A stretch of DNA of 64,000 nt from an uncultured Collinsella sp. (GCA_958427145.1 CAUAAZ010000006.1:13935-77934), one strand, 5' to 3'; shown: positions 8,630 to 18,427, numbered from the stretch's first letter. Numbers and translations: made by a program. The notes: a model not told the origin generated them from the sequence alone.

Positions 8630-9811
8630 ATGAAAGAACTCTCCAACCGCACGGCAACATTTACCGATTCGGTCATCCGCCGCATGACACGCATCTCCAA
8701 TAAGTACGATGCCGTCAACCTGTCGCAGGGCTTCCCCGACTTCGATCCTCCGGCGCAGCTGCTCAACAGCCTGAGCACCATCGCCGCCGACCCCAGGCCG
8801 CTCTACCACCAGTACTCCATTACCTGGGGCTCCCAGGCCATGCGCGAGGCGCTCGCCGCCAAACAGGAGCACTTTATGGGCATGCCGATCGACCCCAACC
8901 AGAATATCGTGGTCACCTGCGGCTCCACCGAGGCCATGATGGCCGCCATGATGACGGTTACGAACCCCGGAGACAAGGTCGTCATCTTCTCGCCGTTCTA
9001 CGAGAACTACGGCGCTGACACCATTCTCTCGGGTGCCGAGCCCATCTATGTGCCGCTCAACCCGCCCACATTCGACTTTGACCGCGAGACGCTCGAGGCA
9101 GCCTTCCGCGACAACGACCCCAAGGCCATCGTCCTGTGCAACCCTTCCAACCCTTGCGGCAAGGTCTTTACGCGCGAGGAGCTCACCTTCATCGCCGACC
9201 TCTGCAAAAAGTACGACGCCTACTGCATTACCGACGAGGTATACGAGCACATCGTCTACGCGCCCCACGAGCACGTCTATATGGCCACGCTGCCCGGCAT
9301 GTTCGAGCGAACCATCAGCTGCAGCTCGCTGTCTAAGACGTACTCCATCACCGGCTGGCGCCTGGGCTACACCATCGCCCCTGCCGAGATCACCGAGCGC
9401 ATCAAGAAGGTCCACGACTTTCTCACCGTGGGTGCCGCCGCTCCCCTGCAGGAAGCCGTTGTCACCGCCCTCAACTTCGACGACAGCTATTACGATGAGG
9501 TCCTTGACCTCTATACCGCCAAACGCGACCTGTTCTGCCAGGGACTCGACAGCATCGGTCTTGAGCATAACGTGCCGCAGGGCGCCTACTACGTGATGAT
9601 GGACATCTCTGAGTTTGGCTATGACAGCGACCTCGAATTCTGCGAGGACCTCGCATCCAAGGTGGGCGTGGGCGCCGTGCCCGGCTCGAGCTTCTTCCGC
9701 GAGCCCGTCAACCATCTGATTCGTTTCCACTTTGCCAAGCGGGATGAGACGCTTAACGCGGCACTGGAGAACCTCAAGTCGCTACGTGATAAAATCAAGC
9801 CGCGCGGGTAA
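8630..9811 (+). CDS. PLP-dependent class I/II aminotransferase (YbdL / kynurenine-aminotransferase-like)
   Basis: 393 aa. Motifs NLSQGFPDFDPP, NPSNPCGKVF and SLSKTYSITGWRLGY (PLP lysine). Confidence 0.8.
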   Translation: MKELSNRTATFTDSVIRRMTRISNKYDAVNLSQGFPDFDPPAQLLNSLSTIAADPRPLYHQYSITWGSQAMREALAAKQEHFMGMPIDPNQNIVVTCGSTEAMMAAMMTVTNPGDKVVIFSPFYENYGADTILSGAEPIYVPLNPPTFDFDRETLEAAFRDNDPKAIVLCNPSNPCGKVFTREELTFIADLCKKYDAYCITDEVYEHIVYAPHEHVYMATLPGMFERTISCSSLSKTYSITGWRLGYTIAPAEITERIKKVHDFLTVGAAAPLQEAVVTALNFDDSYYDEVLDLYTAKRDLFCQGLDSIGLEHNVPQGAYYVMMDISEFGYDSDLEFCEDLASKVGVGAVPGSSFFREPVNHLIRFHFAKRDETLNAALENLKSLRDKIKPRG

Positions 9812-9839
9812 GGACGGCCCGGCAACTAAAGCAACCAAA

Positions 9840-9883
9840 GAAGCCTCGCACCGCCCGCCACGTTGCGAGGCTTCTTCTTTTTA
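9840..9883 (+). terminator. Intrinsic terminator
   Basis: GAAGCCTCGCA / TGCGAGGCTTC stem followed by TTCTTTTTA. Confidence 0.7.
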
Positions 9884-9955
9884 TAGCGCTTTCTTAAATG
9901 GTTTAGAGCCCTATACTTTAGTCACGGAGCAACTCGTCCCAGAGAGAGGAATACT

Positions 9956-10846
9956 ATGGCAGAACAGCAGCTTATCGGAGCGCTCGAGGCCGGCGGCACC
10001 AAGATGGTCTGCGCCACGGGCTATGCAGACGGTACGGTCCTGGAGCGTGAGCAGATCGCGACCACGACCCCGCAGGAGACCGTTGAGGCCGTCAATGCAT
10101 GGTTTGCGAACAAGGGCATCGCCGCGCTGGGCATCGGCGCCTTTGGACCCACCGCAGTCAACCCTGCCTCGCCCCAATACGGCAAGATCCTGGAGACGCC
10201 CAAAACGGCATGGCGCTACTTCGACCTGCTGGGCACCATCCAAAACGAGCTCAATATTCCCTGCGGCTACGACACCGACGTCAACGTTGCCTGCTTGGGC
10301 GAGGTCACCTTTGGTTGCGCCCAGGGCCTCACGGACGTGGTCTACCTGACCATCGGCACCGGTGTGGGCGCCGGCGTGCTCTCGGGCGGTAAGCTCGTAC
10401 ACGGCATGATGCATCCCGAGGCCGGCCACATCCTGGTCACGCGCGACCCGCGCGACACCATCGGCGAGCATAGCGCTTGCCCCTTCCATGACAACTGCCT
10501 CGAGGGCCTCATCGCCGGCCCCGGCGTTAAAAAGCGCTGGGATGGCAAGAGCGCCGGAGACATGGCCGATGACCCAGAGGCCATGGACCTGCTCGCAGGC
10601 TATCTAGCACAGGCGCTCATGACCTACACGCTGTGCTACGCGCCGCAAAAGATCATCATCGGCGGCGGTGTGGCCGACCACACCCCCATCGTGCCGCTCG
10701 CACGCAAAAAGTGTGCCGAGATGCTCAACGGCTATATCGTCACGCCCGAGGTCAACGACATCGATAACTACATCGTCAACAACAGCCTCGAGGGCAAGCA
10801 GGGCATTATGGGCTGCCTGGCCCTGGGCGCACAGGCGCTTCAGTAG
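9956..10846 (+). CDS. scrK: ROK-family fructokinase
   Basis: 296 aa. GALEAGGTKMVCA, TIGTGVGAGV and the Zn motif CPFHDNCLEGLIAGPG match ScrK/Mak-type fructokinases. Confidence 0.8.
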   Translation: MAEQQLIGALEAGGTKMVCATGYADGTVLEREQIATTTPQETVEAVNAWFANKGIAALGIGAFGPTAVNPASPQYGKILETPKTAWRYFDLLGTIQNELNIPCGYDTDVNVACLGEVTFGCAQGLTDVVYLTIGTGVGAGVLSGGKLVHGMMHPEAGHILVTRDPRDTIGEHSACPFHDNCLEGLIAGPGVKKRWDGKSAGDMADDPEAMDLLAGYLAQALMTYTLCYAPQKIIIGGGVADHTPIVPLARKKCAEMLNGYIVTPEVNDIDNYIVNNSLEGKQGIMGCLALGAQALQ

Positions 10847-10928
10847 CAGACGCACCCACAGGGCGTGGCGCGCCCGGCAAATCCGACCTACGGAACGACG
10901 CCACCACGCCTCATATAAGCCCTCAAAT

Positions 10929-10975
10929 AAAAAAGGCCGCCTAGGACCAAACAATACGTCCTAGGCGGCCTTTTT
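10929..10975. terminator. Bidirectional intrinsic terminator between convergent genes
   Basis: AAAAAGGCCGCCTAGGAC / GTCCTAGGCGGCCTTTTT perfect stem with an A-tract and a T-tract. Overlaps the vanZ-like stop. Confidence 0.7.
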
Positions 10976-11410
10976 AGCGCACATCAGCGACCGTAAGAGA
11001 TATCGGAGCACAACGCCCGTTGCCGCTCCACAGCAGTCGATCATCACATCGGTGATCATGCCGGCGCGTCCCGGCACAAAGAGCTGAATCGTCTCGTCGA
11101 TCGAAGGAATCAGCAGCAGGAACACCGCCGTGGGCAGCAGCACGTCAAAGGTGCGCCGGCCCTCAAAATCAAAGGCGTGCGTTGCCAAGATGCCGAGCAC
11201 CATATACTCGGTAAAATGCGCGCACTTGCGAACAACAAAGTTGGTCACCCATTCATATGGAAGTCCCACGCCGTGCAGGAAACCGCGGATAGCTTCCATG
11301 ACCGTTAGGCTCAGCGAGCCCGACCCCGAGCCGGGAACCAGCGAATTGCCCCAGATCAAGAGCGCCATCAGGCAGGTCACGACCGCCCATTTTCGATTGA
11401 TCTTAACCAT
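10961..11410 (-). CDS. VanZ-like family membrane protein
   Basis: 149 aa, four hydrophobic segments, motif RKCAHFTEYMVLG typical of VanZ-like proteins. Confidence 0.65.
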   Translation of the reverse strand: MVKINRKWAVVTCLMALLIWGNSLVPGSGSGSLSLTVMEAIRGFLHGVGLPYEWVTNFVVRKCAHFTEYMVLGILATHAFDFEGRRTFDVLLPTAVFLLLIPSIDETIQLFVPGRAGMITDVMIDCCGAATGVVLRYLLRSLMCAKKAA

Positions 11411-11417
11411 GCAGAAG

Positions 11418-12818
11418 TTATGCCTCCGCGCGGAGCGGCGCGAAGCTGGCGGTACCGCCCTCGATAACGCTCAGATAAGCACGGCCCGTACGCTTGGCGG
11501 TAGAGGACTGCAGGCGCTCGATCTCCTCCTCGAGGATCTGATTGACGCGCTCGTGACGACGGTTTTCCATAATGCCGGCGGCAATAGCCTCGGCCCGCTC
11601 GATGCTCTCGCGCGAGATACGGGCAGTATCCTCGGGGAACACAGCGCTGTGACGGCCGACATAGGCGGGGGCAGCAGGCTGAGGGGCAGCGACGGGAGCG
11701 GGGGCTGCAACAGGAGCAGGCTCGTCAATCTCATCCAGAATCGCGGTGGCGGCGGCCCACATGTCCTCGTGGCCCGAGTAATCAGCCATGGGGACATCAA
11801 CCTCGAGTGAGGCATCCGGAAGGTCGCCGGTGTCGATGCGATCTTGGGCATCAATCGATGCGGTGATGGCTGCAGGCTCATCGAGGTCATCGAAATCGAT
11901 ATCCGCGGCACCGGAGATGATAGGCATGCTGGCGAGGTTTACATTGTACGGCGCAGCCTCAGCCGCCTGCTGCTGGGCAGGAGCGCCCCACAGCGAGCTT
12001 TCGGCGGCACGGCGGGCGGCAACGGCCTCCTCGTCCGCGGCCATGGCTTCATCAACGTACGAATTATCGGCAGAAGCGTTCGTGTCCGCCGAGGTAGCGC
12101 TGTAGGCGTTATTGGATGCCGCGTTGGCAACGAGTGCCACGAAAGCCGCAGTGCTGCCCGCAGGGGCGGCCTGGGAGCCCGATACGGCACGCGCCGCGGC
12201 GGCGATGTCGTCGCGATTGAAGGAGCCGGTCTGCCCGCCGTTGGTGAGCTCGTCGATGGCGACTTGATAGACGTCGCGCGAGTGTGCAGGGTCGCAGCTC
12301 ACCGGCGAATCGTCGTCGAGCATACTGTCGATCATGGACCAAGCCTCGGCCTCGTCCATAGCATCTGCGGCTCGAGCGATGGTAGGGACACCATCATCGG
12401 CATGACGGCGCTGGAACGCACCAGTCAGGCCGGAAAGGAATGCCGAGGTAGACTGCTCCGCCTGAGCCTGAGAAGCAGAAGCCGCAGCGTAAGGAGTCGC
12501 ATCCTGCTGCTGAGCTGGAATCCAGGCGGTCTTGAACTCGCTTTGATGCTGATTGAGATTGGCGGCACCGCCCATGGCATCGGGCTGGAACAGACGCTCT
12601 TCACGCTGCGCACGATACTCGGAGATACCCAGCGAGGCGGCATAGATACCCACGCCCGCCACCGCGCCCACGGCGAAGGGAACCGCACCCGCCACGACCG
12701 TCTCGTTCACCGACGAAAACGGCAGCGTCGCGGCATACATAACCACGGGAGCGGCAAGGCCGATCCCGCACGAAAGTCCGGCAAGGACTGCTCGTTGTGT
12801 TGCATCAGAAGAAGCCAT
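11418..12818 (-). CDS. Hypothetical membrane-anchored protein, Ala/Asp-rich and low-complexity
   Basis: Start taken at MASSDATQ. Two N-terminal hydrophobic helices, a long acidic Ala-rich region and a helical C-terminus (ERVNQILEEEIERLQ). 8-nt gap to the vanZ-like gene. No family recognised. Confidence 0.5.
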   Translation of the reverse strand: MASSDATQRAVLAGLSCGIGLAAPVVMYAATLPFSSVNETVVAGAVPFAVGAVAGVGIYAASLGISEYRAQREERLFQPDAMGGAANLNQHQSEFKTAWIPAQQQDATPYAAASASQAQAEQSTSAFLSGLTGAFQRRHADDGVPTIARAADAMDEAEAWSMIDSMLDDDSPVSCDPAHSRDVYQVAIDELTNGGQTGSFNRDDIAAAARAVSGSQAAPAGSTAAFVALVANAASNNAYSATSADTNASADNSYVDEAMAADEEAVAARRAAESSLWGAPAQQQAAEAAPYNVNLASMPIISGAADIDFDDLDEPAAITASIDAQDRIDTGDLPDASLEVDVPMADYSGHEDMWAAATAILDEIDEPAPVAAPAPVAAPQPAAPAYVGRHSAVFPEDTARISRESIERAEAIAAGIMENRRHERVNQILEEEIERLQSSTAKRTGRAYLSVIEGGTASFAPLRAEA

Positions 12819-13054
12819 GAGCTCTCCCCATCTTCCAGCACCCAAATCGCATCATTCAGTTGGCTGCGCGAGAGAAGATGAAGCGGGGCTATGCCCCAAA
12901 GCAACGGTATATGGTTCGTTTCATCTGCGTTTTCCGTCGCGAAGCTTAAAAGCTATTATGCGAAACCGCCCTGTCGATTGCAAGCGACGATGTCGGATTG
13001 AAACGGGAAACCTGCTGCTTGCCAGTCTTATGGTCAAAAAAGCGCGGAGCGACG

Positions 13055-13089
13055 ATATAGAAAAGGGCCGAGGCTCAAAGCCCCGACCC
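13055..13089 (-). terminator. Putative intrinsic terminator of rho
   Basis: On the minus strand, GGGTCGGGGC / GCCTCGGCCC stem (with G-U pairs) followed by CTTTTCTAT. Confidence 0.5.
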
Positions 13090-13129
13090 TTTATCGCATT
13101 GATGACTATCGCTGCGTGTGGATGACAAC

Positions 13130-15703
13130 CTAGAACGTCTGCTCGTAGTCGCTGTGCTTTTTGGCCGAACGCACCAGGAACTCCTGGTTGGTGTTGGTGC
13201 CCTTAAGACCCTTGATAAACGATGCGGCCGCGCGCTCGGTGTTGTTCATGCCGGCAAGAATGCGACGCAGGCCAAAGACAAACGGACGCATCTGCTCGTC
13301 AACCAACAGGTCCTCGTTACGCGTACCGGAGGCAACGGGGTCGATAGCCGGGAAGATGCGGCGGTCGGCCAGGTCGCGGTCGAGCTTGAGCTCCATGTTG
13401 CCGGTGCCCTTGAACTCCTCAAAGATGACCTCGTCCATCTTGGAACCAGTGTCGATGAGGGCAGAGGCCAGGATGGTGAGCGAGCCACCGTTCTCGATAT
13501 TGCGGGCTGCGCCCAGGAAGCGCTTGGGCGGATACAGTGCCGCCGAATCGACGCCGCCCGAAAGGATGCGGCCTGAGGCGGGCGCCGCCAAGTTGTAGGC
13601 GCGGGCAAGACGCGTGATGGAGTCGAGCACCACCACAACATCGCCGCCCAGCTCCACGATGCGCTTGGCGCGCTCGATGACGAGCTCTGCCACACGAGTG
13701 TGGTTATCGGCGGGCATATCGAAGGTCGACGCCACAACCTCGCCCTTGATGGAACGCTGCATATCGGTGACCTCTTCGGGGCGCTCGTCGACGAGCAGGC
13801 AGATGAGGTGCACTTCGGGGTTGTTAATCGAGATAGACTGGCAGATCTTCTTGAGGATCGTGGTCTTGCCGGCCTTGGGCGGGGACACGATCAGGCCACG
13901 CTGACCCTTGCCGATCGGCGACACGATGTCGATGGCACGACCGGTAATGGAGTCCTTGCCGTGCTCCATGCGCAGCGGCTCGTTGGGATAGACCGGGGTG
14001 AGGTCGCCGAACTTGGGACGGTTGCGAATCTGCTCGGGGTCCAGACCGTTGACGGTCGTGATTTTGGCGAGGCCGGCGCGCTTGTCGCCGCCGCGCGAAG
14101 GACGCAGCGAGCCCTCGATGACGTCGCCCGTGCGCAGACGCGCGGAGCGGATGAGGTAGGCGGGCACGAAGGCGTCGTCGTTGGACTTCATGTAGCCATG
14201 GGCGTGGATGATGCCGGAGCTGTCCGGGCGAATCTGCAGAATGCCCTTGATGTCGCGGAAGCCCTCGGCCTTCGCGGCAGTGGTGTAGATTTCCTCGACG
14301 AGCTCGGCCTTCTTCTTGCCGGTCGTCTCGATCTCGAACTCCTTGGCCTTTTCGCGCAGCTCGGCGACCTTCATGGCCGCGAGTTCCTCGCGCGAAAGCG
14401 TGGGCTCGGTGGGGGCGGCATTACGTTCCTTGTTGCGCTGCTTGCGATCGCGCTGACGGTTGCGACGGTCGTTGTTGCGGTCGTCCTTGCGCTCGTTGCG
14501 CTCGTCGTTGCGCTTGTGCTGGCGACGGTTGGGACGAGTGCCGTCTTCGACCTCGGCGGGGGCGGCACCATCAGTTGCAGCGGCGTCGCCATTGGCCGCA
14601 GCAGCGCCATTGGCCTCGGCGCCGGAATCGACCTGCGCTTCGGCATCAGCCTGCTGCTCGGGCGCCTTGGCCTTAGCGGACTTCTTACGACCGCGCTTGG
14701 GCTTCTCGGACGCAGTCTGTTCGACGTCCTGGGGCTCGACGGCATCAGTCGATGCATCGGCGGTCGTCTCGGCGGAATTCTCGGACGCACCCTCCTTGGC
14801 AGCCTTGGCCTTGGACGTGCGCTTAGCAGCAGTACGATGGCTGCGACCAGGACGGACGTCGGCGGGCTCGACATCGGCGGGAGCGGCCTCGGAAGTCGTA
14901 GCATCCTGAACGGGCGCGTCGGCGGCGGTTGCAGACTCGGCGGTCGCCGCAGCATCCCGAGCGGCTGCAGCTGCGGCTGCGGCCTTCTCCGCCTCGACGA
15001 AGGCCTTGGGCTTGCGACCGCGACGGTGCGGGCGCAAAGCCGGATCGACAACGGGAACTTCGCTGGCCTCGACAGGCGCAGCGGGCTCAACAGGCGATGT
15101 GCCCTCCCCTGCCGCGGAACGGACCGAAGCCTCAGTGAGCTCGGGGGTTACCTGATCGGCAACCTGCTCGGCCTTAGCAGCCGTGCGACGGCGTGTGCGC
15201 GGTACCGGCTTCTCGGTCGGCTGGTCGGCGACAGGGGTCTCGGTGGCGGCAGGCGTCTCGGGCACAGACGGAGCTGCAAGCTCGGTCAGAGCCGCGGCCT
15301 CGCGCTCGGCAGCACGACGGCGGGCGCGCACCACCTGAGCCTCGCTAATCTGCGCCAACGCACGTGCCTGCGCGACCTCATCGGAAATCGGCGCCGAGGA
15401 GTCAGCTGCAACGGTGCGCTTGGCGCGCGTCGTGCGCGTGGTACGGCGCTTGGGCTTGGTGACCTCCTCGCCGTCAGTGGCAGGCTTGACCGTGCGGCGC
15501 GTACGCTTGGGCTTTGCCGGAGCAGCCTCCTCACCAGTTGCAGGCACGGCCTTCTCAGCCGCTGAAGGCGTAGGCGTCGAAGCAGCCTTAGGCGTCTCAG
15601 GAGCCGAGGCTTGCGCGGGCGCCGCGACCTGGTCCGACGCAACCGGTGCAGCGGGAGCGGCTTGCGTCGTCGTTATTTCGTTTTCTTGCTGTTGATCAGA
15701 CAC
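13130..15703 (-). CDS. rho: Transcription termination factor Rho with a ~430-aa disordered N-terminal extension
   Basis: 857 aa with a GTG start. The C-terminal ~420 aa is canonical Rho: the CSD-like RNA-binding region, then Walker A PPKAGKTT and LLVDERPEEV. The N-terminus is A/E/P/T/R/K low-complexity. Confidence 0.9.
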   Translation of the reverse strand: MSDQQQENEITTTQAAPAAPVASDQVAAPAQASAPETPKAASTPTPSAAEKAVPATGEEAAPAKPKRTRRTVKPATDGEEVTKPKRRTTRTTRAKRTVAADSSAPISDEVAQARALAQISEAQVVRARRRAAEREAAALTELAAPSVPETPAATETPVADQPTEKPVPRTRRRTAAKAEQVADQVTPELTEASVRSAAGEGTSPVEPAAPVEASEVPVVDPALRPHRRGRKPKAFVEAEKAAAAAAAARDAAATAESATAADAPVQDATTSEAAPADVEPADVRPGRSHRTAAKRTSKAKAAKEGASENSAETTADASTDAVEPQDVEQTASEKPKRGRKKSAKAKAPEQQADAEAQVDSGAEANGAAAANGDAAATDGAAPAEVEDGTRPNRRQHKRNDERNERKDDRNNDRRNRQRDRKQRNKERNAAPTEPTLSREELAAMKVAELREKAKEFEIETTGKKKAELVEEIYTTAAKAEGFRDIKGILQIRPDSSGIIHAHGYMKSNDDAFVPAYLIRSARLRTGDVIEGSLRPSRGGDKRAGLAKITTVNGLDPEQIRNRPKFGDLTPVYPNEPLRMEHGKDSITGRAIDIVSPIGKGQRGLIVSPPKAGKTTILKKICQSISINNPEVHLICLLVDERPEEVTDMQRSIKGEVVASTFDMPADNHTRVAELVIERAKRIVELGGDVVVVLDSITRLARAYNLAAPASGRILSGGVDSAALYPPKRFLGAARNIENGGSLTILASALIDTGSKMDEVIFEEFKGTGNMELKLDRDLADRRIFPAIDPVASGTRNEDLLVDEQMRPFVFGLRRILAGMNNTERAAASFIKGLKGTNTNQEFLVRSAKKHSDYEQTF

Positions 15704-15877
15704 AGTGTTTGCTCAACTTTCTTTTCAAGCCCTGTGATCACATGCTCCCTGCATAAACCTTCAGGGCGGCTAAACAGTCTAGCTCCGTCAAATACCGACG
15801 GACATCATTGATCTGTATCGAGATATTTGCGTCATATACGCAGCGTTAGTGTAACACAACCGCAACCACCTGCAACT

Positions 15878-15931
15878 TAGTCATTGAGGACGTTCTTAAA
15901 CGACTAGTCAAAAGGGACAATCTTTGGTTTA
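15878..15931. repeat. Two tandem 27-bp units (TAGTCATTGAGGACGTTCTTAAACGAC family)
   Basis: Unit 1 differs at about one position from the unit at 35201-35227. Lies in the rho leader. Confidence 0.7.
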
Positions 15932-15969
15932 ACACCCACAAATCTGACTGCCTCCGCCAAAACTGTGGC

Positions 15970-16099
15970 GGTTTACTACGATGAATCGCTCAACCGCGAT
16001 CGCTCCGAAACTTGTTGAACTAAAACCGCAGGTAGATGCCTTGCACTTTTTTGCGAAAAGCCGGCGTAGTTGGAATTTCTCATTTCATCGTAGTAAACC
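15970..16099. repeat. ~130-bp element bounded by a perfect 16-bp inverted repeat
   Basis: GGTTTACTACGATGAA (15970-15985) and its exact reverse complement (16084-16099). The arms extend imperfectly to ~27 bp. Central motif AAAACCGCAGGT (16022-16033) is shared with the element at 37089-37211. Confidence 0.7.
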
Positions 16100-16151
16100 G
16101 GCATAGTTTCGTATTTCCAGCAGTTCCAAATTCGTCAATACGTCGGCGTTT

Positions 16152-16187
16152 GCAAAAAGCCCGACCTCCGTGGGAGATCGGGCTTTC
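16152..16187 (-). terminator. Intrinsic terminator of argS
   Basis: Minus strand reads AAAGCCCGA...TCGGGCTTTTTGC. Confidence 0.7.
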
Positions 16188-16231
16188 AAGGCTTAGTTAA
16201 ACCAAGTCTGTACGGTCAAATGACCCGTAGC

Positions 16232-18085
16232 TTACATCTGCTCGGGCGCGGAAACGCCAACGAGGGTGAGCACCAGGGCGAGCGTCACACGGACGGCATC
16301 GCAAGCGGCCAGACGGGCACGCGAAAGCTCGGGGTCGACGGGACGGCCCTCGCTCGGCAGCACCTGACAGGCAGCGTAGAAGCTGTGGAAGTCGCCGGCG
16401 AGTTCCTCAGCAAAGTGCGTCAGACGGAACGGGGCGCGGTCGCGAGCGCAGCTGGCGATGAGGTCGGTGAGCTCGTTGAGCTTGCGCGAAAGGGCGAGCT
16501 CGGTCGGGTCGGTCAGCAGCGAGTAATCGACGTTCTCACCGATGGCCTTGGCGGCGACGGCCTTCATGCCCATCTCGTCAGCCTGCTCGGGCGTAACGTC
16601 AGCGGCACGGCGCAGGATGGAGCACACGCGGGCGTGAGCGTACTGCACGTAGTACACCGGGTTGGAGTTGTCGCGCTTCTTGACGGCCTCAATATCGAAG
16701 TCGACCATCTGGTTGGAGCTCTTGGAGATGAGGGTGTAACGGGCAGCGTCGGAGCCGACCTCGTCGACGAGCTCCTGCAGGGTCACCATGGTGCCCTTAC
16801 GCTTGGACATACGGACGGGCTTGCCGTTGCGCAGCAGGTTGACGAGCTGGCCCAGCAGAACCTCAAACTTGCCGGGGTAACCCAAGGCATCGCAGACGCA
16901 GCGGACGCGCTCGATGTAGCCGTGGTGGTCGGCGCCCCAGATGTCGATGACGTGGTCGACGCGCTGGAACTTATCCCAGTGATAGGCAACGTCGGAGGCG
17001 AAGTAGGTGTACTCGCCGTCGGACTTGATCAGGACGCGGTCCTTGTCATCGCCCAGGTCGGTGGAGCGGAACCACAGGGCGCCGTCCTTGGTGTAGAGGT
17101 AGCCCATCTTGTCGAGCTTCTCAAAAGCGCGGTCGACGGCGGAGGTGCCGGCGGTCTCGCCCTCGGTGTCCTTCACATACAGCGAGCGCTCGGAGAACCA
17201 ACGATCGAAGTCGCAGTTAACGGCATGGCAAAGGTCGCGCATGTTGTCGACCATCTTTACATAGCCGCGCTCGCGGAAGCTCTCCATGCGCTCCTGCGGA
17301 TCGGCGTTGACCCACTTATCGCCGTCGGTGCGCCAGAACTCGGCGGCCTCGTCGATGATGTAGTCGCCGCCGTAGGAGTCCTTGCCCAGGGTCTCGGCAA
17401 AGTTATCCTGGTACGGATGGGTCTCGGGATGCTCGTCGTTCTCGTCGGCAACGAAAGCGTCGCGGTCGGCGATCAGCAGCTTGTGAGCCTCGTCGATATC
17501 CACGCCCTGCTTGGCGATGATGTCGGCAAGCTGCATATAGCGCGTGCTGATGGAGTTGCCGAAGGTGTTCATCTGAGAGCCGTGGTCGTTGATGTAGAAC
17601 TCACGCTGGATGTCGTAACCGGCGTGGTCCATAACACGGCAGAGCGAGTCGCCCAGCGCGGCCCAGCGGCCGTGGCCGATGTGCATGGGGCCGACGGGGT
17701 TGGCGGAAACGAACTCGACCTGGGTCTTCAGGCCACCACCGACGTTGGACTTAGCGAAGTCCATACCCTTCTCGCGAGCCTCGCCAAAGATGGCATTCTT
17801 GACGGCAACGGAGAGGTAGAAGTTGATGAAGCCGGGGCCTGCGATCTCGACCTTCTCGATCGCGGGGTCCTCGGGCATATGGGCAACGATGGCCTCGGCG
17901 ATCTTGCGCGGGGCGCAGTGGGCCAGCTTGGCGGACTTCAGGGCCATGGTAGAGGTCCACTCGCCATGAGAAGTGTCAGCCGGTCGCTCGATAGCGCAAT
18001 CGTCAAGTTCAAATGCGGAAAGGTCGCCGGCCTCCTGGGCCGCAGCAAGCGCAGCGCGTACCAGCTCTTCAATCTTCTCGGGCAT
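16232..18085 (-). CDS. argS: Arginine--tRNA ligase
   Basis: Start at MPEKIEEL with an AGGAGG RBS. HIGH-type motif ANPVGPMHIGHGR and KMSK-type VRMSKRKG. C-terminus ends in M, as is typical. Confidence 0.9.
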   Translation of the reverse strand: MPEKIEELVRAALAAAQEAGDLSAFELDDCAIERPADTSHGEWTSTMALKSAKLAHCAPRKIAEAIVAHMPEDPAIEKVEIAGPGFINFYLSVAVKNAIFGEAREKGMDFAKSNVGGGLKTQVEFVSANPVGPMHIGHGRWAALGDSLCRVMDHAGYDIQREFYINDHGSQMNTFGNSISTRYMQLADIIAKQGVDIDEAHKLLIADRDAFVADENDEHPETHPYQDNFAETLGKDSYGGDYIIDEAAEFWRTDGDKWVNADPQERMESFRERGYVKMVDNMRDLCHAVNCDFDRWFSERSLYVKDTEGETAGTSAVDRAFEKLDKMGYLYTKDGALWFRSTDLGDDKDRVLIKSDGEYTYFASDVAYHWDKFQRVDHVIDIWGADHHGYIERVRCVCDALGYPGKFEVLLGQLVNLLRNGKPVRMSKRKGTMVTLQELVDEVGSDAARYTLISKSSNQMVDFDIEAVKKRDNSNPVYYVQYAHARVCSILRRAADVTPEQADEMGMKAVAAKAIGENVDYSLLTDPTELALSRKLNELTDLIASCARDRAPFRLTHFAEELAGDFHSFYAACQVLPSEGRPVDPELSRARLAACDAVRVTLALVLTLVGVSAPEQM

Positions 18086-18427
18086 AGATCCTCCTTGTGT
18101 TAAAGCCCCCGAGCTCTTGGTCACTCGTAGGGCAAAAGCCAGAGTTTGTAGCACTCTATCACAAGCGACGGGCACTGTCGCAGGGTAAAGCTAATAGATA
18201 TTGCATATGCACAAAAATGACTACAGCTTGTATGGAGTCACTCAAAGATGCCGGTCTGCCTGCAGATTATGCAGGCGTTGAAAATGCATAAAGGTGTGAA
18301 TGAGCTGCGTCTGTTATCGAATACTCTTACCTATCAGAGTTGTGTGCTTTTCCTGCATAAAGTACGGGTTTGCGCACGTCAGCGTGTTATTCTAGACATA
18401 CGTAAATTCGTATAAGTTGGAGGTAGC

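Noticed and set aside
12817-13125. 102-aa ORF in the gap between the hypothetical membrane protein gene and rho.
   Set aside because: It has no RBS and a compositionally odd translation. It overlaps the upstream gene start and the rho terminator.
13700-15565. 621-aa ORF on the plus strand opposite rho. Similar long antisense ORFs occur at 1224-2741, 16220-18103, 55848-58160, 60531-62630 and 29000-30235.
   Set aside because: Their translations are Gly/Arg/Ala/Leu/Val low-complexity with no recognisable motifs. Each lies exactly opposite a strongly supported gene. These are typical shadow ORFs of GC-rich DNA.
15981-16106. 41-codon ORF (MNRSTAIAPKLVELKPQ...) spanning the inverted-repeat element in the rho leader.
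   Set aside because: It has no Shine-Dalgarno sequence. Its start and stop are formed by the inverted-repeat arms themselves, and the second element (37089-37211) has no equivalent ORF.
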